DNA from: Phoronis australis
Taxonomy: Eukaryota > Animalia > Phoronida
Assembly (NCBI GenBank): GCA_002633005.1
Contig: NMRA01000420.1
Coordinates: 140,967-204,966 of the forward strand
Length of the DNA stretch: 64,000 bases
Direction: 5' to 3'
The notes below the pieces were generated by a model. That model searched no databases. It saw nothing but the letters and a program-made list of their open reading frames with translations, and was not told the origin of the DNA. This document shows, piece after piece, positions 12,819 through 24,487 of the stretch (its first letter is position 1; the number at the start of each line of letters is the position of its first letter). Made by a program: the position numbers and the translations under genes.

Positions 12819-13327
12819 GTTATGTAGGACCTTATGGGCTTGTCGGAGTATTTTGGGAAATATCTACAAAAATATTGATTTTATTTCAGTAAAATCATAT
12901 ATTTTTGAAAGTAGATTTTTGACTTCATACCAGCCTGCTATTAATAAGATCACGTGACCATGCTTTTTATTAAAATTTAGCGAAAGGAGATGGTACGTCT
13001 ATAGCAAAACAACGTTATCAATCAATGATCATTTTTATATAAACATACATGATGAAATCTCAAAAACGCTGCTGCAGTTTTCTAATTATCATTTCGTTTT
13101 CGTTTTATGCCACTTTTGATTTATTTCATGAAAACCATAAAGGCCCCATTTTTTGATAGCTCTCATGCAAAAGTGGAATATCTTAAAAACAATACCTAAT
13201 AGCATTTTGGAGAACAGTGGATAAGTTATTGTATCTGAAAGTTTCTTAGGAATCTGACCAGCCATTTCTGATATAGGATGTTCCAAAATTTGCCAAATTT
13301 GGACATCTTTCGACGGTCCTACATAAC
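12819..13327. mobile_element. MITE-like element in the last intron of the repeat-protein gene
   Basis: 13-bp inverted repeat gttatgtaggacc / ggtcctacataac; internal part matches ~30740-30990 in inverted orientation. Confidence 0.65.
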
Positions 13328-13524
13328 CTTAAAATAAAATTTTAAAGTTTATGATAAAGATGTGTTTTCGCAGACACTGAGATGACTTTTGTAAGCTATC
13401 ATCAATTGCGAATAAGCGAGATTAAATGTTAACGTTCATTGCTTGAATAAACGCTGATTTAATGTTTCCACCTTAAAAATGTTTTCTCCAGAAGGCGAAT
13501 TAACAAAGTTTCAATTATTTGCAG

Positions 13525-14132
13525 GCGACCTCGCTGTTTCTCCGAGACCTGGGCCACGTGTCAAACGAGAAGCCGAGGATAACGCAGACCTTGATAAAGG
13601 TCGACGAATGGAAAACCTCGTTAACAAGTACGGAACTCTGGGTCTGTCTGCCAGGCCGGCACCGCGCGTAAAACCCGAAGCAGACGACAACGCTGAACTT
13701 GATAAAGGAAAAAATTGCAAAAAACTGCTGGCAGAATATGGTAACATTCCGCGAAGTTCCCGCCCAGTACCTCGTGTAAAGCCAGAGGCTGACCCCAACT
13801 ATGAACTGGATCAAGGAAGGAGAATGCAAAATTTGTTAGAAAAATATGGCGACATGCCGCAGTCTGCCAGACCAATTCCAAGGGTGAAACCTGAAGCCGA
13901 GGAAATAGCTAATCATGGAAGGAACGGGTTGGCTCGACATTTATTAAATAAGTATGGCACACTTCCTGGAAACTTAAAGGAACGTCCCAGAGTGACATCT
14001 TCCGGTCACAATTACGCGTATAAAGATCGGGGCGGGAGAATGCAGCGGGCCATATCGGAAATGGGAAAAAGTCAGATTATTTACAAACCAGGGGTTCAAA
14101 CAAAGAAACACGAGCGAGTACAGACTCTATAG
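13525..14132 (+). CDS. Uncharacterised 36-aa tandem-repeat protein, coding exon 3 (terminal)
   Basis: ttgcag|GC GAC CTC... is phase 1; five more repeats, TAG at 14130-14132. Spliced CDS is 1053 nt = 350 aa. Confidence 0.9.
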
Positions 14133-16037
14133 AAATCTCCACAAACTTCAAAATGTTGATTTCATCCTACAATTCATTCATTGTTTGCGCATTCATATTT
14201 TAATACCACATCACCCTGTAAGTAGCGCAGCCTATACGTATTCTAGGGCTACATATTTGGTTAAAAACGGTTCAGTGCTGAATATTAAACCCTTCGATTA
14301 GACTCATAACTTGCCACAAAATCCTTGAAATTTGTTGTTTACGATTTTGAAGAATACGTTTTGCAGTTAAAAACCACATATAGACATTTTCTCTACTACT
14401 ATTCAAATTGGAATCTAATGCAGTAGGACTACATTCCTGCGTTTTTGTTGTTTGGTATTGAACCGCTTTAGTTTCGCCGTAACGAATACTTTACAAACAC
14501 ATAGATTTCAGCTGTTTTAATGGTTTACACCGATAAATAATCTAATGCATCAGTCAATTCACCTTTGATTTAAGTTGTTGTTTGCTGTGTCTCTTGTTGT
14601 TTTGAGTGGAGTCTTGGTTTGCAAATTGTTTGTTTGTCAGGCGCCTTATATGTTTTACATATAACTGAGTCATGTGATTGGCGCGTTTCACTTTGCAATT
14701 AAATACATATACAATTAATACTTATGATTGTCAACTTGTGAAAGTCAATCTTTCAAAAGTAAATAAATGGACAACGTTCTATTGAACAGGCATTTCTGTA
14801 TGTCGTAAGTTTATCCACTAGGTGTCGCGGAGGTAGAAAAGCAGGAAAGCAAACCCGATATAAACAACGCAAATTTGCCAAAGCGTGCCACCAACGACAG
14901 AGTTCTGCTGTGCTATTTTTTAATGAGGTTCAGATTACCGACACATTTCAGCTAACTAAGATTTGGCTTCCGGTGGCTGGTAAGCTACGATAGAAACTAT
15001 TTTTGTACAGATTCTGGAGGAGCTTAAACAATATGTAGATAAGCACAAAGTTCAGAAATGGGGCGACCTCTATCGGTAACCCATCAGCTTTACAGTTTCG
15101 ACTAAATTCGAAACGCATGCCTTATTACAGAATTTATGTTTATGATATTTAGTACGTTCATTGCTTAATTTCTGCATCGCTTGTCACAGACATTATTTAA
15201 ACACAAATGCATGTGTTGCAGATGTTTTTATCTGCAACTCATCTGCTGAGTCATCTCACTCCAGTTTCATGTCTGATCATGTCCATCAGGTTTTCCTGGC
15301 GAAAGAGCTGTCATATAGAGCTTTCGACGAAATATGCTTGACGTATACTCGCCAATGTACACTACGAGCTGAAAGAAGATTATTTCCCATCAATCGTTGT
15401 GGTTATTTCATTTACTGAATAGTGGCGCCACCTGCTGCCTACCTCGGAGACAGATTCTCTTGTTTATCCATTTGTGTGAGCGTGTGTATGTGAAACCAGT
15501 GTTTTCATCTTGGAAGTATGGGACCGGATTTGGCCCCCAAAATAATTACCTCCCAGTTTCCACTCATTATGCTCCACGGTCAACTACAGTTGTGCGAGTA
15601 AAATTCCCGAGTTGCCCTCCAAGACACTGTTCGGCTTCAGGCTCGGTGGGCGCCTACAGATTTACCAGCCAACCCAAGGAATTTCTATTAGAATCCACCG
15701 AAAGATGTCGCACTGACAAGCACAAAAGATCCCCATTGTCATGCTTTGTTTATATGAAGCTTGATAATGATACCACCGAAACCGCCTCTACATTTTAGAA
15801 AAGTTGTCATATTTCTCTGCTTGAAACGGCGCAATTTAAACATTAAAGTAATCAAAACACAGAAGATTCTGAGATTTTAACAATGACTCGTTATGAGCGA
15901 AAATGTGACTTGGTTATGTTATTTACTGCTTTTTTCTGTAAAACGTCGGCGATGATATTGTTGAACCCCTAGCAAATACTTGCACACGTGAGATAGATGT
16001 TGTAGGGCGGAGGAGCATAACTTTCAAAGCAAAAATG

Positions 16038-16202
16038 CATGCGCGCACCCAAGGGGGGGGGGGCTCGGGGNATTAAAAAGGCAGGTACTACCAAAGTTCG
16101 GCGAATGCACAATTCATAGCACTGAACGCACTCTTTTTTATTAAAAGGTCCACATTCTCAAAAATTCGAGCCCGCCCATCTTTTAGGCTGGGTGCGCGCA
16201 TG
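16038..16202. mobile_element. MITE, catgcgcgcaccca family, copy 1
   Basis: TIRs catgcgcgcaccca / tgggtgcgcgcatg; interior shared with 42650-42887 and 46065-46317. Confidence 0.8.
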
Positions 16203-18244
16203 AAATGTCTCCGCGTAACCTCTGAAAATGGCATACAAGCGGTGTTTGTTTGGACATGATCATATGGGCAGCGGGGGGGGGGGGTGAGTCCTCTTGGGCC
16301 TAAAACCTCCACTAGAAGCTTTCCCAATCTGAACTATCCGAAGGTTGATAAGTTGATGAAATGTAAACAATGTTGTAAAATTTGCTTCCTGTGACGGTCC
16401 TGCCTGAGTGATCTGTTACTTTGGAACTCCAAGACACGAAGACTACAGCCCCACACACAACCCCTCAGGCAAAAATCGAATGTGGAACTTCTTCTTTCTA
16501 TTCTCCCTGTCGCAAAAGAGACAAAAACGGCCACTGTCCTGAAGAGGTGGCGCTTGGGCAGAGATAAGTGTACGTACGATAGAAGAGTACGCGAATATTT
16601 CCAATCAAATAATTGTAATTTTCTTCAGTCCCAAATTATTATGTTAAATTACCGTTCAACAGGGAAAATTCTAGTGATGGTTAAAAATAGAATAAAAAGA
16701 CAAGCGTAAAATTATAAAGTGTTTGCACTGTTCATATCGAAATAATTGTAAGGTAATGCCCGTGCGAAAAAGTTCAGTGTGTTAGTTTGCACTCTGAAGA
16801 GACTCTACAAGAGAATCCCTCTATTGTCTGAAGTGGGTATTCAGTTGCAACCAGCACCAACAAATTATGAATTGAGGATCTATAATTAAAGTATTATCGA
16901 TTTAGATGCACTTTAATGAGCTAACATAAGACACGCACAATAGGCCGCTTCAATACAATTAAGTTGATGTCGTCCTCTAACTCTAGAAATCGCGCACTCA
17001 AAACCAGCACAATAGTCATTCACAGCACAAGTCTTCAGATGGAAGGAACCGAGAAACGCAAACCATATCACCGTACGTCATGATAATTACCGTAAGTGTA
17101 CAGTCCCGTTTGAAGGAAATATTATTCGAATGGCACCAACTAATTTGATTTCGCAATAAAATTTTACCTCACATGGACCCGAATTTCAAATTCCCCCCTG
17201 GTCGTCGCCAGTTTCGCAACCCCCACAAAGGCTCCGCAAAATTGGCCGTTTGGGAGGGGGGGGGGGTGCAAACCCAATGTTGGGTAGTCACCAGAAACTT
17301 CGGTCCCATCTTTCAACTAAATTGCACTAGAAAGGGTCGCGCATATAGGCTGTGACTTAAACCTTCAGGCGGATATTTTTGTGATTTCCACTTTATTAGG
17401 TTGCCAAAACGAGACACTTCCAAAATCACTTTTTAGTAAGGTACGAAACTCTTACCTCGAGCTGCGAAATCCAGAGATTAATGCAAGAATGAATAACATC
17501 ACCTCAGAAATGATAAGGCGGAACACCGTCTAGGAGACTTCGGTAATAATTTCGTTTGTTTCGGGGAGTGAAAATGATGCCTTAAGTCAGTATTCATTTT
17601 ATTAGTGTTGATTTCCGGAGAAGCATGGAAGACGGTTTATTCCGCGGAGCTTTACAAGCCCGCTCCTAAGAAATGTTTAGTAACTATACTTGTTATCGTA
17701 AATTCTAGTTCATTATGGTGGCAGCCTGTTACGGTTTACGAGTTCAACATACATTCCAAAAATCACAGAATTTTGTGTCAACCACTGGTATAGTACATGT
17801 ACTTTGAACACCTGCATGCAGAGTAGGGCCGCTCCTCTACGAGAGGACCCCGACTGAAAGGCGGGCCCTCGATGTGAAAGGCTCTATCATTAATACAAAT
17901 GTAAACTAGTAAAATCATCCGGTGACCCTCCAGGAGGGGATTGATTCCGTCATTGGGGCCCGTCCCCCTGCGTGAGCGGCCCCTGTTAAGAAGAAAGCGC
18001 ACTAAACAGGGTGTTGCCAAAATGAAATCACAGGGGCCCCTTTAAGGACTGGGGCGCCCTAAATTAAAAAATATATATAACTTCGGGCTACAATATAGGA
18101 CAGTGTTTGTATATTAAGAAATGGAGGGATATTCTCAGTTAAATTTAGGGTTGCTGGATTGGCTGGGCATTTTAAGCTTTATAGATTCCATGTGGTGCTT
18201 AGGAATGTTAGCTTGCTGTTTGATCTTGAACTTTGTCCCGCCTC

Positions 18245-18400
18245 CCGTTCAGTAACGCTAGGACCTCGCTAAAAAGCAAGACTTCGCAAGATTACGTGAG
18301 ATATTGCCGTGTATTTTAAATAAGAACACGTGACTTTGACTAGGTTTTAGCTAGGTCCTAGCGTGGGTCCTTGCGTCTACTGAACGCACGCCCGGTGTGC
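18245..18400. mobile_element. Same MITE-like family as 2095-2250, inverted copy
   Basis: cgttcagtaacgctaggacctcgcta...taggtcctagcg; reverse-complement match to 2095-2250. Confidence 0.75.
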
Positions 18401-19860
18401 GCTACACACAACACGTTTCTTTCGAGAAAAGCGATGAGGTCACGCTAGCTTTACTCACGAGAATCTTGCATTGAGCAGAACGCACCCTCGATCTTGGACA
18501 CTGGTTAATGCCTTTCTTTGTACTCGAGTTTTTGAGTCAATTTCGCGATAAACCGTGATCCAACACTCATTTGGGAACAATTTTCATAGCATGGCTTTAA
18601 CAGTATTTTCATGCCAAGGAAATTATTGAAAATGCTCAGAACTATTCCTAATTTCCTGTCGAACCCAATCGCCGGAGTTCCAGTCTCCATGTTGCCACAA
18701 TCAATTCTTTCTATTGCAACAGCGCGGCGTCTGTTATTAGATTTTCACTGGCAAGTGTTCAGAAAAAAAATGTCAAAATGCTGATGCTAAATAAATAATA
18801 TTGTTTAATTAAATTATCGTGACTGTGCAATTGATTAGCCCGAATGGATTGTGTCGTTTTGGTAATCTCTAGAACGTCGGAATCCAAAGTGATATCTTGT
18901 ATTTGGTCATATATTTTCGTCAACTTGATCACATTTACAATGTATATATGTTATTGCGACGATGGTAACCCACTCTGCCTTCTTATTTGTTGCTGTTGTT
19001 GTTGCTAGGGTTGTCTTGAAATGAAGTTGAAAGCAAAGACGCAAATTTCATCTCAACGTTTCATAAAAGTGCTTTATGGTGCCTCTGAGAATCACATTAG
19101 ACAAAAATTCAATAGTGAAAGAAACCAAAGACTGAATTTTCGATAACATGTTAAGTTAACACAAGGAAGAACGTTGCCGTTATTGCCTCAAATCAACAGC
19201 TCTGATCTAAGACGCTTTCTCCCTCTCATTTTTAAAGTATAATTTTTATTGAACGGGGAAACCGGCTTGCCCAACCGCTATGAGTGATCCACGGGGAGAC
19301 AAGGCCAATAAATCATCTCAAGAGAGTTGAAACAGCACGGATTTGAGAATGCAAAGGACTCACATTGAAACCTGTGATGCAACCAAATACGATGGAAGCC
19401 ATGTTGTGCGACGAGCCTGTAGTGAAAATACTATTGCAAAGTTGAAAGCGACATCAAAGTTGCTTTCCTAGACTTTGACATAAAACTGGTATTCAACGAG
19501 ACTGCCAGAGAAGAAGTTAAACATGATTTGTACAGAACTGAAGCTTCAATTGGAAGAAAATTAACTGACAAAAGATAAACAGAAATTTAAAAAGAACTCT
19601 ATGCAGGCCTATTGTCTGGCTTGAGTTGGTATCAGATATGGATTCCTATCACGGTAAGGGGTTTAATGATAACCTGGAATCGATTTTATAACAGACAAAG
19701 GCACGATTCAATTTTTTTTAGCCAGCCAAGCCGGTGAAATGCAGCTCTAACTACATTTGTGAGAACAATCTTTGCACGAATAATCTATCCCGATAAAGCT
19801 GAACGTGGGATGACAAAATATACAAGTTTCATTTGTCTTTCAAGCCTCTCTTTTGTCGAT

Positions 19861-19982
19861 GTCAGGATGGCCGAGCGGTCTAAGGCGCCAGACTCAAGGC
19901 GATAAGCCTTGCCCTGAGCCATTGCAGGGCAGAGTGTTCTGGTCCACGAATGTGGGCGTGGGTTCGAATCCCACTTCTGACA
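19861..19982 (+). tRNA. trnL-CAA: tRNA-Leu(CAA) with 38-nt intron (19899-19936)
   Basis: GTCAGGATGGCCGAGCGGTCTAAGGCGCCAGACTCAAG-[intron]-TTCTGGTCCACGAATGTGGGCGTGGGTTCGAATCCCACTTCTGACA is a canonical metazoan Leu-CAA body with A/B boxes, a long variable arm and the intron after position 37. An oligo-T terminator follows a few bases downstream. Confidence 0.97.
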
Positions 19983-20826
19983 TAAGATTTTTAACGGTTT
20001 AGAGCCTATTATTCTTAAAGTGAACCTTTTGGTGATGACGATATCAGGCGCAGAGCCTGCCGACATACGAACATTTTACGACCTGAAAGAGTACATACGA
20101 CATTGTTACTTGCCACGAAAATGAGTGCGGCCACAAGAAAAAACTTATAAGTAATCAACTCGGAAAACAAAAAGGTGGCATGAACGTCAAACTCCCAATT
20201 GTCGTTAATTGTGTAAGTTACAATACCAAGAACGAATTTATTCCCACTGAATAAACCTCATGAATGTTCTCAAAGATATGTTCATATACAAAAGCTTCAC
20301 CAAACTGCATGTAACAACATTCCAAACACGAGACCTGTTATCGAAAAACAGATTTCTAAGCTCATGGAAATACGACGGCTGGGTGCAGTAGTAACGCGAC
20401 AAATGTAATAAATGACATTGGCAGCTTGCAAGACATCCAAATGCAGAAATGTAAGAAACAGACCCGCCACTTGAATAATTGTTACATTCGTGGTGTACTT
20501 GTCTTGCATGGCTGCGTAATTATTTGACCACATTGCCAACATCACCCCAGTACCTAACACCTTACAATGTTTTTTCTCCGAGACTTCACACCTATACATT
20601 TCTGAACATATTTCTTTTCCATAATACAAAAATAGATAGTGTTTAAAAATCTTCAAACTATGTTTCAATCCTTGAGAAACTGGTTCACGCAGTACCACTC
20701 AATGCAACACCGAATTCGATTAGCATTGATATCGGTTTAGGATGTGTTTTGGAAGCACAAGCTGGCCACTGTACTTTTACACGTTTAAGCTGCAATGACC
20801 CCGAAAGCAGTTAGAACCGGCCCTCA

Positions 20827-22146
20827 CCACAGGCGTCCTCAGCTTCTGATCGTCCCCAATACACAACATATAATACTACAAGGTATGACACTCCCGACTA
20901 GAAATTCCACGGGTGCTTCACTTCAGCCGTCCATTGCAAATATAAAACTCAACAAATTTACACAAAACAGAGGTTCAACAAACCATGAAGAATTGCTCTT
21001 TCTCCCAATACCATTCACGATGTCCTGTTCCGGCGACTTCGTAAGAAATTCGCAGTCAAAGAACAAAAATGTTCACAAAAAAAACCCCACACACTTTCAT
21101 CGTGGGCCGCTCGAGGTCAAGGACGGTACGGAAATTGCCGGTTTGTCGCGTAAAGTCACGATGTCGATAACTCTACACTTGGCCACCAGTAGAAAAACTA
21201 TTGAGTACTTCCGTAACTCACCGGCAATTTCCGTACCGTCCTTGACCTCGAGCGGCCCACGATTAAAGTGTGTGGGGTTGTTTGTGAACATTTTTGTTCT
21301 TTGACTGCGAATTTCTTATGAAGTCGCCGGAACAGGACACCGTGAATGGTATTGGGAGAAAGAACAATTNGATATCCTAGATCCGCCACTGTAATTGTAT
21401 AAGTTACAATACCAAGAACGAATGTATTCCCACTGAATAAACCTCATGAATGTTCTCAAAGAAATATTCATAAACAAAAGCTTCACCAAACTGCATGTAA
21501 CAACATTCCAAACACGAGACCTGTTATCGAAAAACAGATTTCTAAGTTCATGGGCTGGGTGCATTGCATGGAGTAACGCGACAAAGGTAATAAATGACAT
21601 TGGCAGCTTGCAAGACATCCAAATGCAGAAATGTAAGAAACAGACCCGCCACTTGAATAATTGTTACATTCGTGGTGTACTTGTCTTGCATGGCTGCGTA
21701 ATTATTTGACCACATTGCCAACATCACCTCAGTACTTAACAACGGAAATTACCGGTTTGTCGCGTAAAGTCACGATGTCGATAACTCTACACTTGGCCGC
21801 CAGTAGAAAAACTATTGAGTACTTCCGTAACTCACCGGCAATTTCCGTACCGTCCTTGACCTCGAGCGGCCCACGATGAAAGTGTGTGGGGTTGTTTGTG
21901 AGCATTTTTGTTCTTTGACTGCGAATTTCTTACGAAGTCGCCGGAACAGGACACCGTGAATGATATTGGAGAAAGAACAATTCTTCATGGTTTGTTGAAC
22001 CTCTGTTTTGTGTAAATTTGTTGAGTTTTATATTTGCTATGGACGGCTGAAGTGAAGCACCCGTGGAATTTCTAGTCGGGAGTGTCATACCTTGTAGTAT
22101 TATATGTAGTGTATTGGGAACGATCAGAAGCTGAGGACGCCTGTGG
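20827..22146. mobile_element. Foldback / long-TIR element with internal duplication across a contig join
   Basis: Left arm ~20827-21140 is the near-perfect reverse complement of ~21835-22146 and partly of 21221-21369. The ~80-bp spacer is present twice, and a single N sits at 21370. Confidence 0.85.
21391..21742 (+). repeat. Direct duplicate of ~20205-20560
   Basis: Near-identical ~350-bp block (caataccaagaacgaat...ccacattgccaacatcac). Confidence 0.9.
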
Positions 22147-22369
22147 CCGTCCCAAGCCACTTGCCGTTCACTGGGAGTGTTGAATCGTTTTCTTGATATG
22201 CTTGGTACTTCTGTGGTAAAAGGAAACAGTCGCCTTGCGATGTTTTAGTTCATGGGGAAGAAGAAAGAGCGTGAACTTATGTTACCATGGTTATCTGTCT
22301 TCTTCCATTCCTTTATTCTTTGGTTTGTGTGTTTGTGATGTGCATCTAGGCCGGGTTATGTGACAATGG

Positions 22370-22750
22370 CAACATCTTTTCAATGAACTATAGAGCTATG
22401 AAAGATACGGCATATCAACAAAAAGTGGACGTATTTGATTTTTTTCATGCAAAACAATACCGAATATATTGCTTGCAAGAGACACACTTCGAAGAAAAAA
22501 GTTCAACAAAATGAAGTTTAAGGTGAGTTGACTGTTTTTTAAGCTGCGGCACCTCAAATTCTAAACGTGTGCTCATTCTAATGAACACTAACTACGAGTA
22601 TAAGGTTATGAGCGAAACACGTAATCAAGTCAGTATTTTTAGCCATTGGAATACTGGTTGAAAAATCTACTGATCACCGTTTATATATTATCCTAACAAA
22701 AATAGTCCCGACTTTTATAATAATCTAGAAAAATAATTCCTGAATCAGGG
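22370..22750 (+). pseudogene. Decayed L1/Tx1-clade non-LTR retrotransposon ORF2 fragment (APE endonuclease)
   Basis: Translates to IFSMNYRAMKD...VDVFDFFHAKQYRIYCLQETHFEEK, then SCGTSNSKRVLILMN and IYYPNKNSPDFYNNL. These match the APE motifs SxNxRG, LQETH, S-GVAIL and IYxPN in order, with stops and frameshifts. Confidence 0.8.
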
Positions 22751-22753
22751 ATG

Positions 22754-23308
22754 AAGTTATGGAGTTATTGAGCGAAAGTTCTTGGTTGACTCACGGAGAA
22801 TATATAATCAAAAGTTATGAGGTAATTGAGCGAAAACTGCGTGGTTGACTCATGGAGGATATACAATCAAAAGTTATGAGGTTATTGAGGGAAAGTGCTT
22901 GGTTGACTCACGAAGGATGTATATTCAAAAGTTATGAAGTTATTGTGCGAAACTGCTTGGTTGACTCACGGAGGATATGTAATCAAAAGTTATGAGGTTA
23001 TTGAGCGAAACTGCTTGGTTGACTCACGAAGGATATATAATCAAAAGTTATTAGGTTATTGAGCGAAACTGCTTGGTTGACTCACGGACAATATATAATC
23101 AAAAGTTATCAGGTTATTGAGCGAAACCGCTTGGTTGACTCACGGAGGATATATAATCAAAAGTCATGAGGTTATTGAGCGAAACTGCCTCCTGGTTGAC
23201 TCACGGAGGATATATAATCAAAAGTTATCAGGTTATTGAGCGAAACCGCTTGGTTGACTCATGAAGGATATATAATCAAAAGTTATGAGGTTATTGAGGG
23301 AAAACTGC
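22754..23308 (+). repeat. Minisatellite, ~58-bp unit x ~9.5
   Basis: Unit aaaagttatgaggttattgagcgaaactgcttggttgactcacggaggatatataatc repeated head-to-tail with no unique spacers. Confidence 0.95.
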
Positions 23309-24154
23309 ATTACATGGGTACTAGCTAGTGGATGGGAATCAGCTTTCGCTGTGTTTACGCAAGACATGGGAAGTTGCCCTGGTGATATGTGCTCGAGTTA
23401 GCAAACAAAATGTAATGTATTATCTGTGCAGTTATCAATGCTTTTTAAGTATTATTTGCTATCGTCATCTATTTTTTGTTCTTAAATATCGCATTTCATT
23501 TTTGTTGAACGTCCATTTTCATAGTTATTACGCCGTACGCGAATGCAGTGGTGGAAATACCACGAAGTACATACACACAACGTGTCTTTATTACCATACC
23601 TCAAGTTCACATGTACGGGTTTAGTCTCAATCAAATTATCTTGACCTTATTCCCATCATAGTAGAGCTTAGAGTCGATTGCTGTGAGAACAGATAGTGGC
23701 AGAGAGTGCAGTGGCCTTGGCATGAAGCTTCTGCGAAACGCATGTCTCACACTGTGTTATCTCCAACAAATGGAGTCCAATACACGCCTCCAGTATCTGC
23801 CCCTATACTGTACGCAGATTTTCAAATGATGTTCGACCGGGTTCATGAAGGATTAGTGTTCGTGGGCAGAGAAGTTCACTGTCGTTCGGACTGGCAGAGT
23901 AAATACGCCCAATAAAATTCTTGCCCCCTATCTTCGTATTGCGAAGATGAAGTTTTGAACCAGTAATAATCGAGATTCTTAAAGGATTATTTACAAAAAG
24001 GTATTTCCAATCTTGAGTTGTTTTTTGTAGTAACTGGTACCTGTAAAAGAGAAAAGAAATACAACGTAAGATCAAGTACAATTGATAGCCAGTTTGATAC
24101 ATCAGTGTTCTCCATGACCAGTTTTAACATGTTTCAACATTGTAGAGTGCAGAA

Positions 24155-24265
24155 ACGCTAGGACCTAGCTGAAATCTAGCCAAAATCTCATTTAAAATAC
24201 ACGGCAACATCTCGCGTAATCTCGCGAAGTCTTGCTTTTTAGCGAAGTCCTAGCGTTACTGAACA
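24155..24265. mobile_element. Same MITE-like family as 2095-2250, shortened copy
   Basis: aacgctaggacctagctgaaatctagcc...gtcctagcgttactgaac. Confidence 0.7.
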
Positions 24266-24487
24266 TAGAGCCAGTTTGGCGGTGCTTCCGCCACGTTTGG
24301 GTAACCTGCAACATACGAATGGCCGCCAGGTAGAGTCCAAATACGTCTTTCTGACAGTTTTGGATTTCCAGTTATAGAGAACACTGACCAAGTAACATGT
24401 CACACACATCAACATAAAAATGAAGACATGAATGCGACCCTAGATGTGATCAATCTTATTTGATAACTTGAAAATGTTTTTAACTGT

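Noticed and set aside
13511-13881. Three minus-strand ORFs of 86-104 aa
   Set aside because: Antisense shadows of the repeat-protein exon.
10817-14132. Repeat protein as a neuropeptide precursor (recurring GKR/GRR)
   Set aside because: No signal peptide, a likely in-frame stop upstream, GKR/GRR missing from several repeats (GKN, RNG, GGR), and conservation spans the whole 36-aa unit.
19270-19640. Possible retroelement RT relic (VAFLDFDIK, CRPIV)
   Set aside because: Motifs are too short and not in a convincing order to support a call without a search.
20297-22160. Cluster of ORFs up to 169 aa with shared peptides (also 31218-31436)
   Set aside because: They arise from the duplicated and inverted repeat; no recognisable domain.
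22754-23308. CRISPR-like array
   Set aside because: Units are contiguous with no unique spacers, there are no cas genes, and the context is eukaryotic.
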